Source: Actinomycetota bacterium
GTDB taxonomy: Bacteria; Actinomycetota; UBA4738; HRBIN12
DNA: 59,152 nt
Assembly (NCBI GenBank): GCA_040002535.1
Contig: JBDUEF010000001.1
Location: 1 to 59,152 of the forward strand
Direction of reading: 5' to 3'
The position numbers and the translations under genes were made by a program. Shown here one piece after another: positions 1 through 7,234 of the stretch. Numbering within the stretch: the stretch's first letter is position 1; each line of letters begins with the position of its first letter. The notes under the pieces were generated by a model that saw only the letters and a program-made list of their open reading frames with translations, made no database searches and had not been told where the DNA came from.

Positions 1-265
1 CGATGAACGCGAAGTACCGCGGCCGCGGCTGCGCGATCGACTCGTCGAGGATCCGTGCGGCGTCGTCCAGCGCCTCGCCAGCGGGCACACCCGACTCCGG
101 CAGGCCGGTGCCGAGGAGCCGCCGCACGCGCTCGTCCAGCGGCGGCTCCTCCGGGCGGAACCGGTCGAAGCTGCGCCACGCCTCCGCGACCAGATCCGCC
201 GCGTGCCGCAGGACGTCCTCCCGCGGCGCATCCAGGCGCAACGGTCGCTCGGGCTCTGGGGTCAT
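1..265 (-). CDS. PLP-dependent (group II) amino-acid decarboxylase, N-terminal fragment; gene runs off the left edge of the window
   Basis: Not in the ORF track because there is no stop inside the window. My minus-strand translation from ATG 265-263 reads MTPEPERPLRLDAPREDVLRHAADLVAEAWRSFDRFRPEEPPLDERVRRLLGTGLPESGVPAGEALDDAARILDESIAQPRPRYFAFI and stays open to position 1. Nearly every codon ends in G/C. The P-R-Y-F-A-F motif about 85 aa in matches the HP[RK]FFA[YF] position of group II decarboxylases. It starts 10 nt after the permease stop. Confidence 0.5.
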   Translation of the reverse strand, partial: MTPEPERPLRLDAPREDVLRHAADLVAEAWRSFDRFRPEEPPLDERVRRLLGTGLPESGVPAGEALDDAARILDESIAQPRPRYFAFI

Positions 266-275
266 GGCGCCGATG

Positions 276-1757
276 CTACGGGTACACCTCCCGATCAGAC
301 CGGAGGTCGGCCAGGGTCTGGCTCGCCGGCGTCCGTCCCTTCACGAGGAGCGTCACCAGCAGGCCGACCGCCAGCCAGGCGACCGCGATCCACGGCGCCA
401 GCAGGGTCGGGCTCTGCACCTTGTAGAAGGAACCGTAGATCGCCCCGAGGGTGAGCGCGATCCCGATGATCGCGGCGATCACCACGCCTCCCTTGTTCGG
501 CTCCCGAGAGATCCCCACCAACGCCCCGATCGACATCATCAGGTACACCACGACCAGCGCGAAGCCGCCGAACGTGGACGCCCAGGCGAAGACGGAGAAG
601 TAGTGCGGGAACCCAGGGAGCGCCAAGACGTCGGTGAAGAACTCGTTCAGGGCGATGAAGGCCAGGTTGACGATCGTGAGCAGGACGATCGCCCCGGTGG
701 GAGTGCCGTACCGAGGTGAGACCGTGGCGAGCGATGCCGGCAGGCGGCGATCTCTCGCCATGGCGAACACGCCTCGGGTCGAGGCGACGGCGGCGCCGAC
801 GCCGACGGCCAGGATATCCAGGAGCACGACCAGCTCCAGGATGCGGTCGATCATCACCGAGCCGAAGCCCCCGGCGGCCGTCGGCGCGCCGAGCGCGAAC
901 AGCGGGGCGCCGGCGGTGGCACCGATGGTGGCCATGTCGAATCCGAAGCCGGCCACCTGAGCGTAGGCCGCGATCAGGTAGAAGACGGTGACGACCCCGA
1001 CGGACAGCAGCACCGCGCGCGGGATCTCCCGCTTCGGCTCGCCCGTCTCCTCAGCCAGGTTGGCGGCCGTCTCGAACCCGACGAAGATCAGCACCCCGTA
1101 CAGGATCCCGAACAGGATGCCCGACCACCCCAGGTCGGAGGAGGAGGGCGAGAACGCCCTAGCCACGTCGTTGGCACTCCCAAGGTCGACGATGACCTTG
1201 ACGAAGAACACCAGGACCACAACGGCCGACACCAGCGCCAGGGTCAGCTGCACCCGCGTGGAGATCTGCACCCCCAGGGACAGCACCACGAACACCATGG
1301 CGGCGAAGAGCAGGCTCCACGCCCACACGGGCATGACGGGGTGGTGGAACTCCAGATCCAGCGTGTCGTGGATGTACCCACCCACCAGCACGCCGAGTCC
1401 GGCGTCGAGCACCATCGTGCCGCTGTAGTAGAGCCACCCGGAGGCAGAGCCCACCGTGGAGCCCAGCCCGTTCGAGACGTAGTCGTACAGCGAGCCCGCC
1501 GCGTGGATCCGCTTCGCGTACTGCGCCACGATCCACCCCAACGCGAATACGCCGACGGCCGCCAGCAGCACCGACAGGGGTGCGGCGACGCCGGCGCCCT
1601 TGCCCGAGGCCGAGATCACGCCCACGATCAGTGGGATCAGGAACGCCGCCGAGAACACCGGACCCATGAAGCCCACCGACTGGGCGACCACGTCCACCAA
1701 CGAGAGCTTCTTGCCACCCAGCCGTTCGTAGCCCGTCTCCTCCGACCGATCTTCCAC
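276..1757 (-). CDS. Amino acid permease (APC superfamily)
   Basis: 493-aa polytopic ORF, about 12 hydrophobic segments. N-terminus KKLSLVDVVAQSVGFMGPVFSAAF and ETAANLAEETGEPKREIPRA are typical APC-family signatures. Confidence 0.85.
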   Translation of the reverse strand: MEDRSEETGYERLGGKKLSLVDVVAQSVGFMGPVFSAAFLIPLIVGVISASGKGAGVAAPLSVLLAAVGVFALGWIVAQYAKRIHAAGSLYDYVSNGLGSTVGSASGWLYYSGTMVLDAGLGVLVGGYIHDTLDLEFHHPVMPVWAWSLLFAAMVFVVLSLGVQISTRVQLTLALVSAVVVLVFFVKVIVDLGSANDVARAFSPSSSDLGWSGILFGILYGVLIFVGFETAANLAEETGEPKREIPRAVLLSVGVVTVFYLIAAYAQVAGFGFDMATIGATAGAPLFALGAPTAAGGFGSVMIDRILELVVLLDILAVGVGAAVASTRGVFAMARDRRLPASLATVSPRYGTPTGAIVLLTIVNLAFIALNEFFTDVLALPGFPHYFSVFAWASTFGGFALVVVYLMMSIGALVGISREPNKGGVVIAAIIGIALTLGAIYGSFYKVQSPTLLAPWIAVAWLAVGLLVTLLVKGRTPASQTLADLRSDREVYP

Positions 1758-1784
1758 CAGGAACCCCTCCCGTCGCGCTCCGAG

Positions 1785-2663
1785 CTAACCCGTCCAGCCG
1801 TCGGCCGGACGTTCGAACCACTCGTGCACCTGCCCCGTCCCCACCGAGGCCTCGTACTCGCTGAACCGCTCGCCGGGGGCCTGACACCGCCTGCCACCCA
1901 GCGCCCCCACCATGATCAGGTAGTGACCGAACTTGCCCTCCGGTCCGTGCTGCTTGTAATCGGGCAGCCAGTCGATCACCCCCGCGTGATCCCCCATCTC
2001 CAGCATCTCCAGCACATGCTCGTCGGCGGCGCGCGCCTCCGGCGTCTTGATGTTGTCCAGGCTGGCCGACTCCCGTCCTCTGAGTTCCCGGAACGTAAGG
2101 AACCGGTGGCTCAGACCACCGCTGGCCAGCAGCACCACCCGACGATCCAGCTTCTCCACCGCCCTGCCGATCAGCCCACCGAGCAGCAGGAAATCCTCTG
2201 TGGTGGCGCACTGGTTGATCCCGACGCTCACCCACCGCTCGTCGCCGTGGAGGTAGCTCCAGACGTTCACGGTGCCGTAGAACAGCGGCAGGTAGGGGTC
2301 GTCGCAGGGCAGGACCCACGTGTCGTCGCGCGGCGCCGCCTCGGCCCCCACCGCCTCCGCCAGCTCGGGGTCCCCCGGCATGTCGAAGTGGATCTGCTTC
2401 ATGCCCCGGGGCAGCTCGTGGCTCGTGAAGATCCCCTGCCGACGTTCGTGGGAGGTGATGATGTGCTCGAACGTCACCTCCCAGTGCGTGTCCATCACCA
2501 CGATCGTGTCGGGCTCCAGCCGGTCCAAGACCTCGGTCCTCAGCCGTCTGAGGCCCGGCACCAGCGAGATCTCCTTGCCGTCGTTGATCTCCAGGCGGGT
2601 CTCCTCCGGCAACATGATCGTGGGGACGTGTGAGACGAGTCCCGCGCCGACGATCTCTCCCAT
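1785..2663 (-). CDS. Class III (LigB-family) extradiol ring-cleavage dioxygenase, homoprotocatechuate 2,3-dioxygenase (HpaD/HpcB)-like
   Basis: 292 aa. Motifs are SHVPTI near the N-terminus, VVMDTHW, LLASGGLSHRF and SVGTGQV, which is the pattern I recall for LigB/HpcB-type enzymes. It sits 3 nt downstream of an aldehyde dehydrogenase. Confidence 0.75.
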   Translation of the reverse strand: MGEIVGAGLVSHVPTIMLPEETRLEINDGKEISLVPGLRRLRTEVLDRLEPDTIVVMDTHWEVTFEHIITSHERRQGIFTSHELPRGMKQIHFDMPGDPELAEAVGAEAAPRDDTWVLPCDDPYLPLFYGTVNVWSYLHGDERWVSVGINQCATTEDFLLLGGLIGRAVEKLDRRVVLLASGGLSHRFLTFRELRGRESASLDNIKTPEARAADEHVLEMLEMGDHAGVIDWLPDYKQHGPEGKFGHYLIMVGALGGRRCQAPGERFSEYEASVGTGQVHEWFERPADGWTG

Positions 2664-2666
2664 CGC

Positions 2667-4067
2667 CTAACTCCCTTCGTTCCACGGTGCGGTGCAGACG
2701 TTCTTGACGTCGGCGTAGAAGTCGAAGCTCCACATGCCGCCCTCGCGGCCTATCCCGGATCGGCGTGATCCCCCGAAGGGCGCGTTGAGGTCGCGGACGA
2801 AGAAGCAGTTCACCCACACGGTGCCGGCAACCAGGCGTGCGGCCACCCGCTCCGCTCGCTGCGGGTCACCCGTATACAGGATCGCCGCGAGCCCGTACCG
2901 GGTGCCGTTCGCCAACGCCACAGCCTCGTCCTCGTCGTCGAACCTCTGTATGGTCAGTACGGGGCCGAAGACCTCCTCCTGCAGGATCTCCGAACCCTCC
3001 GGCGCGTTCGCGAACAGGGTCGGGCGGTAGTAGAGCCCTCCGAGGTCCTCGTTAGGGCCGCCGCCGAACACGACCTCGGCGCCGACCGCCCTCGCCCGCT
3101 GCACGAAGCCGTCCACGCGCTCGAGGTGGGCGCGGGTGATCTGCGGGCCGATGTCGGTGGTGTCCTGCCGGGGGTCGCCCTGGAGGATCTCGCCCGCCGC
3201 CTTCGTGAACCGCTCCAGGAACTCCTGGTAGATCGCGCCGTCGATCAGCAGCCGAGTACCGGCCAGACACACCTGCCCGGCGTTGTCGAACTGGTTCACG
3301 GCCTGCCGCACCACCGCCTCAAGATCCGCGTCGGCGAACGCGACGAACGGGGACTTGCCCCCGAGCTCCAGGGAGGTGGGCGTGAGGTTGGCGGCCGCCG
3401 CCTGCGCCACGCGCGTGCCCGTGGGAACCGATCCGGTGAACGCGATCCGGTCGACGCCGGGATGCGCCGTGAGGGCGGCCCCGGCCTCGTCACCGATCCC
3501 CTGCACAACGTTGAACGCCCCATCGGGGAGGCCGGCCTCGCGCGTGATGTCGGCCAGGAGCGACGCGGTGAGCGGAGCCCACTCCGGCGGCTTGAGGATC
3601 ACGGCGTCGCCGGAGGCCAGCGCGGGTGCGATCCGCCACGTCGCCAGCATCAGGGGGGCGTTCCACGGCGTGATCACGGCGGTCACTCCCGCGGGATCCC
3701 ACCGCACGTGCTCGGCCGTCCCGTTGAAGTCGGCGTCGGCGCTGCCCTGCAGCTCGATCAGCTTGTCCGCGAAGAACCGAAAGTTGCGCGCGACACGGGG
3801 CATGACGGACCCGCGGTGCGAGCGCAGGAGCGACCCATTGTCGCGGGTCTCCACGGCGGCGAGCTCGGGCACCCGCTCTTCGACCAGGTCCGCGATCCGG
3901 TGCAGGACGGCGGCGCGCTCGGGCGGTGAGGTCGCTCCCCAGAGCGAGAACCCCTTCCGGGCGGCATCGACCGCCCCGTCCACGTCCGCCGGTTCCCCGC
4001 GGACGATCTCCGCGACCACCTGCTCGTCGATGGGTGAGACGTCGGGGAACGTGTCGGTCGACGCCAC
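2667..4067 (-). CDS. NAD(P)-dependent aldehyde dehydrogenase, 5-carboxymethyl-2-hydroxymuconate semialdehyde dehydrogenase (HpaE)-like; annotated GTG start probably not the true N-terminus
   Basis: 466-aa ORF with ALDH motifs VITPWNAPL, FTGSVPTG, LELGGKSP, QVCLAGTR, EEVFGPV and PFGGSRRSGIGREGG. The conserved first strand (HWIGGARV) is encoded in-frame upstream of 4067; see the finding. Confidence 0.85.
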   Translation of the reverse strand: MASTDTFPDVSPIDEQVVAEIVRGEPADVDGAVDAARKGFSLWGATSPPERAAVLHRIADLVEERVPELAAVETRDNGSLLRSHRGSVMPRVARNFRFFADKLIELQGSADADFNGTAEHVRWDPAGVTAVITPWNAPLMLATWRIAPALASGDAVILKPPEWAPLTASLLADITREAGLPDGAFNVVQGIGDEAGAALTAHPGVDRIAFTGSVPTGTRVAQAAAANLTPTSLELGGKSPFVAFADADLEAVVRQAVNQFDNAGQVCLAGTRLLIDGAIYQEFLERFTKAAGEILQGDPRQDTTDIGPQITRAHLERVDGFVQRARAVGAEVVFGGGPNEDLGGLYYRPTLFANAPEGSEILQEEVFGPVLTIQRFDDEDEAVALANGTRYGLAAILYTGDPQRAERVAARLVAGTVWVNCFFVRDLNAPFGGSRRSGIGREGGMWSFDFYADVKNVCTAPWNEGS

Positions 4068-4273
4068 CCGGGCGCCGCCGATCCAGTGCTGCGTGGAGAC
4101 TTCGACACCCTCGATGACGGCGTGCTCGCCCGTGGCGGACTCCTCACCTCGTCGGGGGACATGGCCGGTCGTTCGGGTCCGAACGGTAGGGGCCCGGCAT
4201 CCGAGGTGTCAAGCCCGCCATGGCGTGATCACTGGCCCAGGCGACGGACGTCTCGAGGTGCTTTGATACCGAC

Positions 4274-5236
4274 ATGGACGTCCTGGCCGACGGGGTGGAG
4301 CCCGGGCCCATCACGCGTGTCGACATCGAGACGGCGGCTGAGCGCATCATGGGTCGGGTCCGCCGCACACCCATCCAGGAGCTCGGACCCTTCGCGTTGG
4401 GCGGCATCCCGGGAGAGTTGGTCCTGAAGCTGGAGCTGTTGCAGTTCACCGGCTCGTTCAAGCCCCGTGGGGCCTTCAACCGCATGCTGGCCGCCGAGGT
4501 CGACCACACCGGCGTGATCGCGGCCTCGGGCGGCAACTTCGGGCTGGCGGTGGCGTTCGCCGCGCATGAGCTCGAGCACCGCGCGGAGATCTTCGTCCCG
4601 CAGACCTCGCCCGAGGTGAAGATCGATCGCATACGAGCTCTGGGCGCCGAGGTCACGGTGGTGCCCGGCTACTACGCCGACGCGGCGGCCGCGTGCGAGG
4701 AACGAGCGCTGCAGACCTCGGCCTTGTTCATGCATCCGTACGACCAGTTCGATGTGGTGGCCGGCCAGGGCACGATCGGGATGGAGCTGTCCGAGCAGTG
4801 TCCCGGTGCCGACACGGTGGTCGTGGCCGTCGGCGGCGGCGGGCTGGTGGCCGGCGTCGCGGCCTGGTACGCGAACGACACGCGGGTGGTGGGCGTCGAA
4901 CCCGAGGCGAGCCCGACGCTGTCGGCGGCGCTCGCGGCGGGGCATCCTGTGGACGTCGAGGTGGGCGGGATCGCAGCGGACTCTCTGGGCGCGCGACGCG
5001 CCGGGCTCCTGTCCCATGAGATCTGCGACCGATTCCTGCACCGGATGGTCACGGTGTCCGACGAGGCGATCATGGACGCGCAGAAGCGCCTGTGGCACGA
5101 CGTCCACCTGGTGGCAGAGCCCGGCGCGGCCGCTCCGCTCGCTGCGCTCCTGAGCGGCGCCTACGATCCCGATCCCGACGAGCGCGTGGTGGTCGTGGTG
5201 TGCGGCGCCAACACCGATCCCGCCTCGGTTGCCTGA
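4274..5236 (+). CDS. PLP-dependent serine/threonine dehydratase family enzyme (fold type II)
   Basis: 320 aa. LQFTGSFKPRGAFN contains the PLP-lysine motif S-F-K-x-R-G. A glycine-rich loop VAVGGGGLVAG is present. The size fits catabolic dehydratase or racemase-like members that lack ACT domains. Confidence 0.8.
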   Translation: MDVLADGVEPGPITRVDIETAAERIMGRVRRTPIQELGPFALGGIPGELVLKLELLQFTGSFKPRGAFNRMLAAEVDHTGVIAASGGNFGLAVAFAAHELEHRAEIFVPQTSPEVKIDRIRALGAEVTVVPGYYADAAAACEERALQTSALFMHPYDQFDVVAGQGTIGMELSEQCPGADTVVVAVGGGGLVAGVAAWYANDTRVVGVEPEASPTLSAALAAGHPVDVEVGGIAADSLGARRAGLLSHEICDRFLHRMVTVSDEAIMDAQKRLWHDVHLVAEPGAAAPLAALLSGAYDPDPDERVVVVVCGANTDPASVA

Positions 5237-5237
5237 G

Positions 5238-5621
5238 CTACGCGGGGGGAGGCGGTGGCAGCTCGGCTATCGGCGTTTCCGGCAACGCCGGCGAGGCGGC
5301 CACCACCGTGCCACTGAGCGCGCGGATCTGCGTCTGATACTCCGGGTCGCCCATCTCGCCCGCCCGATATCGGGCGGTCAACGCGACGAGAGCCGACGCC
5401 ATCTCCCGTTGGTCCCGCCGCAGGGAGAGCGCGCGGGTACAGATCGGACACACCAGGTAGTCCCGGCGCTTGAGCGGGATCACCGGGATGAAGAAGAGGC
5501 TGAACCACGACGTGACGGACATGTACCGGTAGAACGTGGAGTTGTTGCAGCGGGGGCATCGGACCGGGAGCGCCTCTCCCAGGTCCTTCCGCTTTCCCGC
5601 GCGGTATCCGAAGATGATCAC
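5238..5621 (-). CDS. Zinc-ribbon domain membrane protein (hypothetical)
   Basis: 127 aa. CPRC ... CPIC pairs flank one hydrophobic segment (SWFSLFFIPVIPL), followed by a Pro-rich tail. High GC3. Convergent with the dehydratase gene, 1 nt spacing. Confidence 0.55.
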   Translation of the reverse strand: MIIFGYRAGKRKDLGEALPVRCPRCNNSTFYRYMSVTSWFSLFFIPVIPLKRRDYLVCPICTRALSLRRDQREMASALVALTARYRAGEMGDPEYQTQIRALSGTVVAASPALPETPIAELPPPPPA

Positions 5622-5650
5622 CGCTCACGCACCTCTCGCCCCGCTCGGCC

Positions 5651-6574
5651 TCACTCGACGTAGGTGAGCCAGTCGGGGTGCGCGGCGTTCTCGCCCTTCG
5701 TGGCGGCGAAGAATGCCCCCTGCAGCTCCTTCGTGATAGGGCCCCGGTGGCCCCCACCCACGGTACGATCGTCCACCTCGCGGATCGGCGTCAGCTCGGC
5801 GGCCGTGCCCGTGAAGAAGCACTCGTCGGCGTTGTACAGATCCGTGCGGACCAGGTTCTCCTCCTTCACCGTGTAGCCGGCCTCGCGGGCCAGCGTGATG
5901 ACGGTGCTGCGCGTGATGCCGTCCAGGCAGCCGGCGGAGGTCGGCGGCGTCACGAGGATCCCGTCGCGAACGACGAACACGTTCTCGCCCGAGCCGTCGG
6001 TGATGTGGCCGGCCTCGTTCAGCATGACGGCCTCGTCGTAGCCGGCCTTCAGGGACTCCACCTTGGCCAGCACGCTGTTGATGTACTGGCCGCTCGCCTT
6101 GGCGCCCGCCGGCAGGGAGTTCTGCGAGTTGCGGCGCCAGCTGCTGATCTTGATGCGCACGCCCTGCTCGAGCGCATCCTCGCCCAGGTAGGCGCCCCAC
6201 GGCCAGACGGCGATCGTGACGTTGATCTCGGCGTTCAGGGGGTTAACGCCCATCTCGCCGTAGCCGCGGAACGCCAGCGGGCGGATGTAGCACGACCGCA
6301 GGTCGTTGGCTCGGATCACGTCCTTGGTGGCGTCCACCAGCGCCTCCTGCGAGAAAGGCAGGTCCATGTGGTAGAGCTTCGCGCTGCGGCCTAGGCGGCG
6401 GAGATGCTCGTCGAGATGCCAGACGGCGGGGCCACGCGCGGTCTCGTACGCCCGGATACCCTCGAAGACCCCGCTTCCGTAGTGCAGCGCGTGGGAGAGC
6501 ACGTGCACCTGTGCCCTGTCCCAGTCGACGAGCTCGCCGTCCATCCAGATCTTCTCGACGGGCGTGATCGGCAC
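5651..6574 (-). CDS. ilvE: Branched-chain amino acid aminotransferase
   Basis: The track ORF 5651..7081 is over-extended. GTG at 6574 is preceded by GGAAGGAGG with a 5-nt spacer and gives a 307-aa protein VPITPVEKIWMDGELVDWDRAQVHVLSHALHYGSGVFEGIRAYE, the canonical IlvE N-terminus. Confidence 0.9.
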   Translation of the reverse strand: MPITPVEKIWMDGELVDWDRAQVHVLSHALHYGSGVFEGIRAYETARGPAVWHLDEHLRRLGRSAKLYHMDLPFSQEALVDATKDVIRANDLRSCYIRPLAFRGYGEMGVNPLNAEINVTIAVWPWGAYLGEDALEQGVRIKISSWRRNSQNSLPAGAKASGQYINSVLAKVESLKAGYDEAVMLNEAGHITDGSGENVFVVRDGILVTPPTSAGCLDGITRSTVITLAREAGYTVKEENLVRTDLYNADECFFTGTAAELTPIREVDDRTVGGGHRGPITKELQGAFFAATKGENAAHPDWLTYVE

Positions 6575-6733
6575 CGATGCCTCCTTCCGAGCTCTCACCA
6601 GGGGGAACGAGCGATTGGAGGTGCCAGGATAGCGTGTGGGAACCGGGGCGCGCACCACTCGTTCGGACATGCGCAGCGATGGGTAGGACCGATGTGACGC
6701 GAGCACCGCCCACGACCAGAAACGGAGACCCGC

Positions 6734-7111
6734 ATGAGCGACCGTGACCACCTGGAGGGCGACGGGCCCTCTCCGAACCCTTCCGACGGCGACGCGCTGG
6801 AGGAGCTCGAGCAGCAGATCGAGGACATGGACCGACCGCTCGGCGTGGAGGACCACACCACGGCCGCGGAGCAGCGGGAGGGCGACACGCTCGACGAGCG
6901 CCTGGCGCGGGAGGTGAGCCCGAGCGCCGCCGACCTCCCCGTCGGGGCCTCCGTCCTGAGCGAGGACGAGGCCGACCACGAGCCGCAGATGGTGGGTGAG
7001 GAGGCCGACGGCGGTCAACGTCTCTCCCCGGAAGAGTCGGCCATGCACATCCGCGACGACGCGCCGGGCATGACCGACCACCCCGACGACTACACCGACA
7101 CGGGCGGCTGA
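6734..7111 (+). CDS. Acidic low-complexity protein, DUF5709-like
   Basis: 125 aa and very Asp/Glu-rich, with TTAAEQREGDTLDERLARE and a C-terminal PEESAMHIRDD. Resembles the actinobacterial DUF5709 family as I recall it. Confidence 0.5.
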   Translation: MSDRDHLEGDGPSPNPSDGDALEELEQQIEDMDRPLGVEDHTTAAEQREGDTLDERLAREVSPSAADLPVGASVLSEDEADHEPQMVGEEADGGQRLSPEESAMHIRDDAPGMTDHPDDYTDTGG

Positions 7112-7234
7112 GCTCAGGACCCGCCCGCAGACCCTTCTTCGGCCTGTCTCTGCTGGGCATCACCCCTCGGGTCTGGTCATACTTCTTCCTTGGTAGGCGG
7201 CGGCCGGCCGACGCCTCGGACAGATGGATCAGGG

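Noticed and set aside
4225-4232. Perfect palindrome GTGATCAC in the divergent region between the aldehyde dehydrogenase and the dehydratase genes.
   Set aside because: An 8-bp palindrome is expected by chance in 59 kb and has no flanking half-site structure. It may even fall inside an extended ALDH leader.
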